Source: Saccostrea echinata (Eukaryota). From it: DNA of 64,000 bases. Below, piece after piece: positions 22,546 through 35,884 of this stretch; the first letter of the stretch is position 1, and each line of letters begins with the position of its first letter. Location: NCBI RefSeq assembly GCF_033153115.1, contig NW_026889781.1:5828001-5892000 (forward strand). Reading direction: 5' to 3'. The notes under the pieces are model-generated. The model was given only the letters and a program-made list of their open reading frames with translations, was not told the DNA's origin and made no database searches. Both the position numbers and the translations under genes were made by a program.

Positions 22546-25500
22546 ATATGATTGCGCCCATGACAAAAGGACCTTATGGCAATTTTGCTAAAACAGAGAA
22601 ATAACGTCATAAAGATATGACGTTGCAGACGGTGAGCGTCGACGCAGATTTTTTTTTTTATTCACGTGTTTTACATTTTGACACGTCTAGCTCACTTTTG
22701 TCGTTGTTCTCAACATTGAAATAATTATTTATTTTCATTTATATCTTTAATTCACGTCTTGATCTTCTAGTCCACTGATATTAATTAAAATATTTAGAAT
22801 TTTATTCGAGACCCGTTTCTTTACTACATGTTATTGTAGCTTTATACGTCTCTGATCTGGGCTATGCATTTCCTATGTACATGTATAGAAGCTTCAGACA
22901 AGGTGATTTTCTGGATAATTGAATATGGATGAACGAATGCGATTTTGATATATAGACAAATTGAAGTTATTTGTTAGACATGGGTATATTATCACAATAT
23001 TGCAGAGGAAATCGTTTTCCTGTATAAGATCCGCCCCACCATTCTCAACACATCGATCATGTAAACATTGAAGCATTGGTACATCGTGCATAAATTTTTG
23101 TTGTAAAATGCTTTAATTGCCAAAAATTTGAAACTGATCACACTTCTTCCAACAGAAAAGAAAAGTATTCTTGTAAGTTTTCACAAATGTAGCAAAAGTA
23201 CGAATGACAGAAGTGATATTATAAATAAAAACAAGAGAGGTAACTCTGACAAGCGAGATACTAGAGAGGTACCAGAGAGGGACTTGCTTTTTTTTCTTTT
23301 TAACACTATTCAAAATCAACATATTCATTCAAATTTGCTCCCGTAGTATAAAAAATATTTTTAAAAATCTTACTTATCATCAGTTAAAAAAAAGTTTTAA
23401 TTGTAAGTGTTATATTTATATTTTCTTTAAAAGTATTTTTGAAAGCTCATGGAACTAGCGGCTGTCAAAGTGAAAGAGAAAAGATATAGAATAAGAAATA
23501 GATGCTACATTGAACCAGACTTTCATTTATTTTTTTTTTTTTAAATTTGTTACATCTGCATCTATTTATTTCAACATGAAATTATTTTTTAAAAAATTGA
23601 ATTTTAATTTTTTTTTCTCAGTAATAATGATCATAAATTTAAATAAAATAAAATTATATTTAAAAAAATTGTTTCGTCTTATTTTTGTTGTTGCCACTTC
23701 CGATGTAAGTACTTGAAAACAAACAAAAACTGCCGAATGAAATAAAATTGTTCTAATTGTTCTAGCTTAAAAAAAGTTTACATGTATGTATACCTGATGT
23801 GAGAGAGAGAGAGAGAGAGAGATGTTACATTAAATCCAGTTTATTAATACAATGTGAAATGTGAAACTTTAATGAAAAGGCGAATTTTCAAAAACAGAAC
23901 AATATCGTATTATGAAAAGAAATCTCTATCTCTTTTTTTTCTTTTGCTGTCTATTTATTTTCAGTAACTCGAAAATATAACATTTTGGTAATCGTGTTGT
24001 GCATAAAAAAAGTTCAAAGGTTTTAGCTTTATCTGTAGTTTTTAGTCACTTAAAAGTCGAATCTATGTAATCCTTGTCATTCATAGAATCTCAGCATTGT
24101 ATGTCATTACAGTTCTATTATCAATCTAAAACTCGTTTTCTTATTGAAATAATAATCTCAGTTATCGGTTTAGTATGATATTGCTTAACTTGCCGTTGAA
24201 TTATGTTAACGGGCTGATTTTGTTATTTGGATTTATTGAAATAAATCTTGTTAAGATCAAATTGTATTTAAACATGCATCGTACAAATCAAATTAAATGC
24301 TAAAAATATACTGCACAAAAGACTAAGAATATGTTTGCAAGTTTTTATTTTTGTGGCAGTGCAGGAGACCGGGGAAGAGGGCCAGGGTCATTTTATATTA
24401 CCGGGACCTAACTTCTTTACAGTGTATCTGTAAAGCTTTACAAGGATAAGCATATCCAAGTCTCTGGCATGGGGCCAGAATGGAATTTTTATATTGTAAA
24501 ACTTCATATACAATAGCATTTGAAAACAATAACATTAGAATTTCATACGATAAAGAAGCCGCGAGAAATGGGGGGGGGGGGGGGATTCTACACACACCAT
24601 CACATACATGTAACAATATTTACATGTACCTAAATGTGTGCCACATTGTAAAAATTTGTCATTTAAAAACTCAGCCAGTCAAGGAATATTATGAACCAGT
24701 CGCATTTAACTGACTGGATATATAAAACTTTCAATTAATTTTTACACCACCCCCCCCCAGCCGAAAAATTCTATTAATTAATCTGCATGTCATTGATTCA
24801 TAACGACAGCATATATATAATTATTTATGATTTATTTTTTAGAAAAATCTATTTGATATTAATTCTAAAAAATGACATATTGATTTCATTCAAAGTTCGG
24901 ATAAAATTTGTTGAAATGACAATAAAATATGCGATATCTATTAATACCCAGTGTATACATGTTCTTCTAAAACCATTTAATTTTACAAAATCAAACAAAA
25001 TCGTTATTCTAGGACGCAATTTTTCTCATGATTAACTAGATTTGATAGCAGTTAAGTTTCCAGTTCCAGGTATGTGGAGCTCATGATCGCTGTTTGTTTT
25101 GAAAATGACTCTGCTCATATACATGTACGTAAGGAGAGAGTTCAAGGTGCAAAAATAAATTGAGGAATTATTTCAATATTATTTCAAACCTTACCACATG
25201 ACGTATTTGGAGGTTATGGGGTTGGTGGTGGTATGTTTCTGTCATTTAACTTTTAATCCCCCCCCCCACACACACACACTACCAACCACTGGTCATCCTG
25301 GATCTGTTGTGTTCCTTTCATTTTAAATGCATGTGAATTATAATTCATCCATTTGTTTATAATTTATCAACCTGCTTACTTAAAATTAATTATTCAAAAA
25401 TTTCCCTTGCTGTGACTGGAAAAATGTGTATCATTTCAATTTAAAAAAAAGAAGTTTTGTTACCACATGCGGGCAGAAGTCCTTCTGATTTTTTGTTTAA

Positions 25501-26421
25501 ATTTTTTTTATCGAATATTGCTTAACATGCAGTGTATCAACTTAATGTCCTTAAATTGTTGTACAGCGTATACGGTAACTCACTACATTTCACANNNNNN
25601 NNNNNNNNNNNNNNNNNNNNNNNNNNNNNNNNNNNNNNNNNNNNNNNNNNNNNNNNNNNNNNNNNNNNNNNNNNNNNNNNNNNNNNNNNNNNNNNNNNNN
25701 NNNNNNNNNNNNNNNNNNNNNNNNNNNNNTTTTATTGTTGTTACCAAGAATTTTTTTGAAATATTTTTTAACTTCACATTTTGAAAGAGATATCGTTTAT
25801 ACTGGATTCACCCCCCCCCCCAAAAAAAAAAAAATGACATCTAGTCCTATCGAGAGCTATGCTTAAAATGAGATGATTTTCGAAAGAATTCTACAGGTTT
25901 CTCAAACGATTATTACACGAAATAAATACTTTGGTTTTGAGAGAATAAATTGATATTGAACAGAAGCCGCTTGCTTCTCGGGTTTTCCTGACATTCCAAC
26001 ATAGTGAAATGTAAAACAAACAAACGAACAAACACTCATAATTCTATACACCACTGCATGATGGATAATAGTTAATACAACTATTTATTATCATATTATA
26101 CAATTATTAAAAGAGACAATGACTCAAAAATGTTTCTGGAAATGCTTTATAACATATTATTACCGCAGTAACATTACAATGCAAAGTGAAAGTCATGTTC
26201 ACTCTGAAAACTTTTGACGTTGGTGCGAAAGTAACATGACGTCATTGTTTACCTGTTAAAGTATCATTGATATAAATTAAGAAAAAACCTACTTAGAGTT
26301 GATGTAGGGCCATAAAAATTCAGATATGGCAACTTCTAACCTTGCTCTATTAATATCCATTAAAAACTTAAAATGTGTAAAAATTGCCATAAGGGCCCTT
26401 TTCCCATGGGCGCAATCATAT
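22546..26421. mobile_element. ~3.9-kb region bounded by ~40-bp inverted repeats (probable DNA transposon)
   Basis: ATATGATTGCGCCCATG..CCTTATGGCAATTTT versus AAAATTGCCATAAGG..CATGGGCGCAATCATAT; contains an N gap. Confidence 0.55.
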
Positions 26422-27344
26422 ATATCAGTTAAAATCAGTACTGTACCAATGTCTAATGGGGGGTTGAGAAGTTGGCTAGGAAATAGTTGTTTTTCGTGAG
26501 AATTATCTAGATATGCATGCATTTTCAGTTGTTCAAAAAATACGTGAAGCGAATTCTTACGGGGCAATACTTTACAATATACACGCTAATGTTTTTCCCT
26601 TTGCATTCTTCTCAATTTCGCAAATATTAATGCCAGATGAATTCAAAGTGTTATAATACTGAATGATGTGTGGGTATCAGAAGAAATTATTTTTGCTTTT
26701 CTTGTAGCAAAATTGTATGAAATCTCAATTCCTTTTTAAGAGACAGAATTTCCCTGACTGTATCACAATTGAAGGCTGAAATAGCCAGTCCTTAAATAAA
26801 GAATATGTTATATTTCAAAAAGTGAAAATGAGTAGAAACGGTCGCTGTATGAATATGTTTCTTTGGATTTTAGATTAAAAAAATCAGATTTGTTTTTTTT
26901 AATTTCTTGTTCCATTTTTTATGAATGAGCTATATTTTCAAAATGCTAATAAATTGTTTTTCTTATTATTCGAAGTGCATGTAAAAAAAGAAATCAGATA
27001 AAAAATGTATATCCAATTGATTAACATAAGAAGTTGTTTTAAATCACGTCAAAATGAACTGTGCGACAATTCCAATAAAATTAATTTTATTAGAATAATT
27101 GAATTTTAAATATCTACATATACATGTATGACCGTCACAACTTTCCAAATGGCAAAACAGGACCAAGAAAAAATAATTTTCTGAAACTTCATTATATTCA
27201 ATCTCCAAATACATAGTTGAATAAAAGCAAGAACGCAGTATATCCTTCCCATTTTCTTCAGCAATCATCATTCAGCACACAAAGTTCACTTAATGAAGTG
27301 TCCAAAAATAATTATTTTTATTAGTACTATTAGTACTTAACATT

Positions 27345-28110
27345 ATTGGGTTACTCTTTTCTTAGAGATGACTTTGCAGCAAAAAAATAACGTGTAAAAA
27401 GGAATGTGAAATAACAGGACGGATAATAGATTGATAGATACCACTACTATCAATTGTGAATTATTATTAATGATTAACAAATAATTAGCCTTTGGTAATT
27501 TTTTTAACATTTGCCCAAGGTTTTCCTCAGCCGTACATTGTGCTGTGCTTTGGATTTTTCCCCACGACGATAAGTTGGGGAATTTGAATTTCATGATTTT
27601 TTGTCCTCGCTGATAGACTCATTAGCTAATAGGCCGACATTCTATTCTTTTACTAATGAGATATGGAGATAACTAACAGTATCCAAAGTCCATTTAAGCA
27701 ATAACAATTGGAAACAGAGCCACCACGGACCTCCAAAAGCATCAGAGGTGGGATCTGGTGCCATGGAGGAGTGAGCAACCCCGCCGACCGGTCACAACCG
27801 GCGAATCTAATACTGGTGATGCTCATAGCCATTACAACTACAGTTTTATTCCTTTAATTTCATCAAGTACAAGCAATCATTTATTATAAAACTATTGTTT
27901 TGTTATTTTACTGATGATTCTTCTTTGTATGTATCTTTTTTTGTTGGAAATCATTTTTGAACATATGGTCGAATATCTTCTTAATATCAAAAAGAAAATT
28001 CATTAATTAATTTAATTTTTGGGGTTGAATTCTTGAAGGTCATTCCAAATTTTTTCTCTGTTTAGCGTCCCCTTTTCATTCAAAAACCCTCCTACATATT
28101 CATAATTAAC
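27345..28110 (-). pseudogene. Decayed Crypton-like tyrosine recombinase relic
   Basis: Ordered fragments KRGR* (RRGRE-like), TKKNHQ, LISKR..YQR..W, ENLGQMLK, NNS; interrupted by the repeat at 27714-27803. Confidence 0.4.
27714..27803. mobile_element. Fragment of the same repeat
   Basis: Similarity to 18549-18640. Confidence 0.6.
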
Positions 28111-31054
28111 ACACAAATTGAAAAACAAAACACACACTTTAAAGTAAAACAAAGGAAGTCACTAAGAGAATTTGATTTAATTATTCTAGCTTTCTCATGG
28201 AAATATATATTTCTGTGCAAAATCACGCTAAGTATATACATAGTTTGACATTTAAGTATACACTCAATTCAACATCAAACATAGAAAGAAATTGACAGAA
28301 TTTAAAAGTTTTTAACCTAAATGATCAGTTTCCGACTGTTGATTTTGTGCATTTTTCTGATCCCGGATGTCAAAACAAGGCACAAGTAGACACTAAACAT
28401 ATATATAAAAAAAAACTGGGAATGACCTTATTTCTATTACTCCTTGTGTAACATTATGAAAACATAAATCAGAATACAGTTTCAGAATTCTTGTTATTCA
28501 GGATGTAATGATTATATTAGTATCCATCACAAAAGAACAGGAAGGTACTGGGGTAAATTTAAATTCTGTGACTGGTGTAGGCATTATCAAGGATGCCACG
28601 AAAATTGCATGTACACAAATATTGCCAAAATGTTTTTTTTTTTAACTATAATAAAAGAATGATTTATACAAATCAATGTAAACATGTAGTTCGCGTAGGG
28701 AAACAAATGCTAGGTCATCTAAGTATGTCATTTATTGTCGGTATTTTTGAAATCTTTATTTTACAAATATTGATGATTGTAGTTAAATGAGGGAAAGCCT
28801 ATTTGTAGGGTTAAACGTATTTTAAACCTTGGGTAATTTTTATCTTATTTATTAAAGGTTTCACTTTTTCTCATCAGATTATAAATAATTAAGTGATTAA
28901 CACACATAGTAATATGGTTTAAACTCCTAGATTGGATTGTCTGTACAGAGAAAAAAAGTAATACAAGTACCTTCTTAAGTTATACTTGTTTTTGTTTCAT
29001 ATAATTCATTATAATTACCATTAAGAGACTCTTGAATTCCCTTTTTAAAAATTTCTAGTCGGTTCAGTCAAGGTTTTAAACTTCAATGAAATGGTTTAAA
29101 GTATGCACAGGAATGTAAACAAAATTTCTTGCAGGCCTCAGAAAAAAAATCATTGATTGAATAAAGAATACTTATTTAACTCTCTTCCCCGCATTAATGC
29201 AATTTTAACGCATACACCATTTCATATGTGTCACACAAAATCACGCATATAACGTTTCCCCGATTTCATGCATTTTAAATTGCACCTTTTTATGTCATTT
29301 GTCTTCAATATTATTCTTTCTTTTTAAGTAATGTTGGATAATATCTCTTGAAAACAAAAAAGGAATTTTTAATCATCAAATATTTTCAAAAAAAATCTTG
29401 TTACTTTTATCCTATCACGAAATGATCCTTCAATTAAGAAATAAGATATCATTTTTAGATTTTCATTCGGATATGACATAAAGTTGGTCAAGTGATCAAA
29501 TCCTATAACGCCCGAAGGACGTTAGCGTAGATTTGATCACGTACCAACTTCATGTCATATCCAATGAAACTCTTAAAAATTATATTTTATTTTCTATAGT
29601 TATATTTTATTTTTATTCGTATTTCACATAAAATATTCACTATATAGACTTTATTATGAAAATGGAACATAACGTACATGTACGACGTCATGTGACGTCA
29701 CAGTCTAGACCTTCCAAAGTCTTGTGCGGTTTGCTTTTCATACACAAGAAGGTCTGATCACGTGACCAACTCCAATGTCATTGAAAATTGAATGTCAATT
29801 TAATTCGTATTGTCATATAAGGAAATACATTGGCAAATAGGAATATAGAGACTTGTACCGNNNNNNNNNNNNNNNNNNNNNNNNNNNNNNNNNNNNNNNN
29901 NNNNNNNNNNNNNNNNNNNNNNNNNNNNNNNNNNNNNNNNNNNNNNNNNNNNNNNNNNNNNNNNNNNNNNNNNNNNNNNNNNNNNNNNNNNNNNNNNNNN
30001 NNNNNNNNNNNNNNNNNNNNNNNNNNNNNNNNNNNNNNNNNNNNNNNNNNNNNNNNNNNNCCTCTTAACATCAAGAGACAACGGCATTCATATATTAATT
30101 TCTGGTGTAATTTTTTTCCAATTTATTGCATTCTGTGTAAAAAAAATATATCAATATACCTTCCGAGAATTCATGTTGCTCCGGATGTCATAATTCTAAA
30201 AATATTTAAAAATCACACACAGAAGTATCGGGAAGTACTATGATAAAGCTCAACTCTGTGACTGTTGTAGACATCACCAATAATGCTAAAAATATTTCAA
30301 TGCACACAAATTTTTAATCACAAGAAAAGAACAATCTACACACAACAATTGATATAGTTCAAATAAGGAAGCAACTGCTCCGTCATCTCATAATGTACAT
30401 AATTGTCGGCAATGGGAAAAAAAACCTGGAAAAAGTAATAAAAGATTTTAGTAATTACATGAAGAAAATAAATCATATAGAAACTGCACACATCTTATCT
30501 TTTATATTTCCTTATCAGATTTTACATGATTAAATGATTTGATTAAACATTTCATGATTTTAAAATTATTTTCTGCATTTACAAATGGAAAGACATGATA
30601 CATCTACAATATAAAAAATAAAACTAATCATTGATATCAAGTGGTAGACATTTTCATTTTGCACAACCTTTGATAAAAAATTCAATAAGTTTCAGCAAAT
30701 TTGTTATAGCTGAAAAGATATAACAAAATCTTTCAAAAATCAACCCTTGATCGACTTCACTAGAGCTATAATTGGTTGGTGCCATTTTTTGCCCCATTAT
30801 AAACTAACCACATTTAATATGATAAGTGTTAAGGCAGCTGTGTTACTCGGAAAATAGGTTTTAAACTGGTCAATCATTCAGGTGCCATAGAAACTGTCTC
30901 CTAACACTTATACCTTAGAACTTTAAATCTGGCTTTAATTGTCTTTTAAAATTTGTTAATTTTGATATAGTCCATAATCTCTTTATACAGATATTCTTAT
31001 GATAAATACAATGTTTTATTAAAATAAATTGAAACAATTATATCCGCATACGAT

Positions 31055-31520
31055 TTTTTGGGGGTGGGTGGGGTGGGGTCGTGTCGGGATGGGGTATATG
31101 GAATCAGTATGTCCGTATGTCTATCTGTCTGTCTGCCAGCGCTATCCTTACACGAACATTGCTTCGTAATAGAGAAACAGTGGATTCTCATTTTTGACAC
31201 AAAATTGTTTATGACCTGCGTGTGATTCAGGACCTTCACCCAAGGTAATTTGTGCAAGTTCAAGGTTATTTGTAAGCAAGTGGATAATGCATTACTGTGT
31301 CATTATTTTCTAACATTGGAAAACATTCGAAGTTGACACTTCAACAAATTTACTTGTGACCTTAACGTAAGTCCTGACATTGACCTACCGTCAATTGGCA
31401 AGTTCAAGGTTACTGGTAGGAAAATGTGTAATTCCTGAGCTGGCCATATCTTGCAAAGGAGAACCATGGGAAACATACTTAAAAATGTAGGAAGTTCAAG
31501 GTCACTGGAAGAAGAAGTTT
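31055..31520 (+). mobile_element. Degraded Helentron-type element
   Basis: GTCT microsatellite followed by repeated CAAGTTCAAGGT(T/C)A cores. Confidence 0.45.
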
Positions 31521-31572
31521 AAAAATTGATAAACATTATTTGATTAAAGAAAATACAGCTGGGGACTTTTTT

Positions 31573-31615
<43 letters not shown>

Positions 31616-31619
31616 ATTA

Positions 31620-32794
31620 CAGTGGCTGCAACGTTATTGTTGACAAACCAATCGTGTAGAATCGTTTGTGTAACGTGCGTGATCGTTCGTGTAACGTGCG
31701 AGATCGTGCGTGTATCAGACTCAATCGTTTGCGGTTTTAATCGTGCGTGATCGTGCGTTAAGAAACGTGTAAATTTCGTTTTGCAAGTTTTTATCGGAAT
31801 GTTCTTTATTATACAAGCATTTCGCTTGTCTAAATTTTTTTCAATCCAAATAAAATGAATGAAACATGAGTTGCATAATTGAACGAACTAATTATCGCTT
31901 GGAAATAACCAATATAGTGAGTCGTACAATATTGTGTTCTCGTCAAATCGCGTGATTTTTTTGTGATAAACCGTATTTAGATGTTTAAGGATTTTTTCTC
32001 TGATGTTAATTACGTTAAACTTTACTGCTAATTATGGTCAAGATATTTTTAAAAGCAATAGATCAAAAATAGATATTTTTACTAATAAATAAATAAACAA
32101 TTCTCTACGCTTACATAAATAAATATTTAGTCCGCGAATGTACATACACACGACATGATTGTCGGGGTTTCATTTATCAGTGTTTATCTCTGGAGCTTAC
32201 TTTTAACTATTTTTATAATTTCTGCAAATAAATGATTTGTAAAATAATTGTTGATTTGAGAGATTCACAAATGGAAACATGGATTAAACTTATAATTTTA
32301 AATCAATTCATTTTCATGCCAATTTTTTCAGACTTATCCCTTTCTGCATTTTATGTAATATAATTCAAACAAAACTCATGGTCTACCTTCATGTACATCT
32401 TCTGATAGAAGGAAAAAAAAAACAGTTTTTCTTAAGTCGGAGAATTACGTAAATAATTATTTGTTATCTAATGTATTTAGTTTCAGAAATATCCATTTCT
32501 ATTCTTTCTATTATTTTTTCAAAGTCGATGAAATAATATCAATAATTATTTGAAATCTAAAATAAATATTAAGGCTTATTTCGTTTTGAAAATATCCATT
32601 CCTAAAGAATTTGAACTATTTTGCATAAAGAATCGTGCGTTTGCGTTAGCAATCGTGTAAGATCGTGTAACGTGTAGAATCGTGTGCGTGAGGGATCGTT
32701 CGTGTAACAAGTTTTATCGTGCGTTGATCGTACGGAATCGTTCGTGTAACGTGATCGTTCGTGTAAGTTGTCAACAATAACTTTGCAGCCACTG
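31620..32794. mobile_element. Tc1/mariner-like non-autonomous element
   Basis: TA|CAGTGGCTGCAACGTTATTGTTGACAA ... TTGTCAACAATAACTTTGCAGCCACTG|TA; subterminal ATCGT repeats. Confidence 0.85.
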
Positions 32795-34984
32795 TAAGCA
32801 CTGCAACTCTTTCTACGACCTTTTTATGTGTGCCATGGTGTAATATACCTGTGATTACTAAAATCAAATTTAAACTCTAGGAGAAATACCGTATTGAAAT
32901 AAATTCAGTTAAGATTTCGATCAAAGTAACCATGGAAACCGATGAACAACTCTATATGTCTTGGTCAGGTCTACTCGTGTACCAAGTTCTGCTAAAATAA
33001 CTTGGTAAATCTAAAAACAAATCGTTAAAAATGTTATGCTTTTTCTTTCAATTCTATAAAAAGTAATGAAATATACAATATATTCTTTGTAGGGTAGAAG
33101 GACCTTGAGGAGAAAAAAAATGTCATTTGATTTTTTTTTCATATTTTGTATATTACTTATTTACTATTTCCCACATATTCTAAAGTAGTTATATCATTAG
33201 GTTTCTTACCTTAATTTAGAGATGTTGATTGACAAATACCATGCCCTACAGTGTCCAAGTGAAGTTTTGATTCTCCATGTTTACGTGCCTATTATTCTGT
33301 CCATAACTGGAACTTTTAACCATACATAAAAAAATATGCATAGGGACATGTATCTTGTAAAACATTTCAGAATATAGATAGGCTTTCATATTTTTAAAAG
33401 CAACTTTCTTTTATCACACTGCACCTGGATAAGAAAAATACGTATTTTTTAAGACAACTTGAAGAAGAAAAAAACGTAATTTGCCAAAAAAAAAAAATTC
33501 ATTCAATATTTTCAAATTTTTATTGAAACTATAATCCTTCATTTTATTGATTAACTGTAAAAATGTCGAAAGGTAAAGCTAACCTCAATATTGCACAGGA
33601 CATCGTTAAACAAGACATAAGAATGATAAAAACGTCGTATTTACATTCCTCGAGTACTGGAAAATCAATTATGACGTCACACGTAAGCTAGATTAGCGAA
33701 ATAAGATACACCTACATAAGATTTCTGTCAGCAACCATGCCCCCCCCCCCCCCAAATGTGTTCGCTATTTCACAAAATACCTCACCATGTTCTGATTATG
33801 ACCTGTTTTTACGAAATCATACTGCCCGTGTATTCACCGAGTATGATCTTGCTGGCCTAATAGATTGTGTATGACGTAACCGACTTGTTGGACGCACAGT
33901 GAAGGGAAACAGAAGAGTGTATCAATCTATTCCATTAATACTGTTAAATAGTTTTTTTGTAAAATTGTGAAGTAAAACAAATTCTTAAAAACTTGAACAA
34001 GTACTGACGGTTTAAATCGTCTTTTGCACTTATATTATCAGAGACTATGACGTAAGTTAAACTGAGTCATGTGATCATGTGTCCTTCATCCCCTTAATGG
34101 AAAAGAGATATAGCTTTTTGACTTTGTCATCATTTGTAGAAAAATGCTACCGTGAACAAAAGCATAAAGAAACTAAATTAGATTAATTCTTACTCTGTCG
34201 CCATTTCTTTAGCAAATTCAGAAACCTTTTGAAATATAATTATAAAGTAAGTTTTTTTATCTAAAAAGAATACATTGGGTTCGTAGAGGGTTTTGTAGAA
34301 ATGGTGATTTATAACTATTTACATCCCCCTTACTGTCTTTACTATTGGAAATAGTTGTCCAAGGTCAAATAAATGCAAAATAAATTCTTGACACTTCTCA
34401 ACCTTCATGCTTCAATTTAACGAGAAAATGAATGATGATTACGCAATTCTGATTAAACTCACAAAAGGACATATACTGAGCTACATTAACCACATGCAAT
34501 TTTTTTTCAATACTGCATATTATGAATTCTAAGGGGTTGTTAGCAAGGGGCAGTATTTCTTGGTTTTTGCTCATTCTAGATACATTAATGCATTCCCTGA
34601 AATTTTAAGTATGATATGGGGTTATATAATTAATTTGAAAATACATCAGATTCATTGTCGGAAATTTTGACCTTAGAACAACTGTTTTATCAGTGCAAAA
34701 TTGTATCAACTTTTTGAACACTTCAATATTTTTGTCAAAATTTTAAAACAAAGGATGTTGATTTTTTTTTTTTATTGCTTTATTTTTGATAAAGTTTTCA
34801 AATACATAAGATCAAGAAACACAGACATATATGTACAAAAACACCCAAACACATACACACCATGTACATTACATTTTAATGTTAATGAAATTCTGCCTTT
34901 AATATTGCAAGTACATGTACGTTTTAAAGTACTACGATCATTAATATTTTATTAGTATTATTAATATTATGAATATTAATATTT

Positions 34985-35515
34985 ATAAAGGATATTCAAT
35001 GTTTTGTAGTTGGATATGGAAGTTATTTTACGAGTGGGACAGGATTATTTTATATTTTCACGAGTGCGAGGCACGAGTGAAAATATAAAAAAATCCTGTC
35101 TCACGAGTGAAATAAATTCCATATCAAACTACATGTACAAAACATTGAATTTTCAGTTTATTACATTTTCTTTGACTTTCCCTTTGCCTCTGTCTTTTCT
35201 TAACACATTGTCATAGGCTGTGACGTCATAGTTGAGCAGTTGAGACGTCATAGCTTAGCAGTTGTGAGATATTGAAAACATTGTAACCTGGATTTTAGCA
35301 ACATATTTGCGAAGAAATTGGCAGTTTTAGTCTCTATCAAGATGGTTTTGTTACTATCTCTATCTTATTACAGGTCAGAAATTATTTTTTACTAACTTTG
35401 ATATCCTTTCACACTGTGACAGAATATCACTTTGATATCCTTTCACACTGTGACAGAATATCACTTTTATTTAATAGATAAATTACAGTATTTCACTGTT
35501 GAAAATGTAATAAAT
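34985..35515 (+). mobile_element. Element with long terminal palindrome (Crypton-like non-autonomous)
   Basis: ~170-bp palindrome centred on TTTCACGAGTGCGAGGCACGAGTGAAA; related copies at ~6295-6810 (+) and 59902-60430 (-). Confidence 0.55.
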
Positions 35516-35884
35516 AGATATATTTCATATTAACTTAGACATAAAGTTCTGAACAACAAAATCCGTTTACAAATTAAAAGAATGAACTACATTTGATTTT
35601 GCGATACAACATGATGTTTAACGCTAGATAGCTGTTATAAAATTGTAGCATTTAACATCAGTAAACTAAGATAAAATTTATAATATCTGTTAAAAGTTTT
35701 TCAATCTTAACAACAATATATGTTTAAAAAAGATTTTTTATAAATCAAATAATAATACATTTAAGTACAGATTTCATCATTTTCAAAAGTCAACACAATG
35801 TTCATTGTCAAGTGGAATAAAAGAAAATACTTTAATTTTTCTTCTTTTTTTTCACAAGTTTTCTAACAGATTTCATGTCAAACT

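Noticed and set aside
33205-33320. KHGESKLH hAT-like zinc-finger fragment on - strand
   Set aside because: Too short, no supporting transposase motifs
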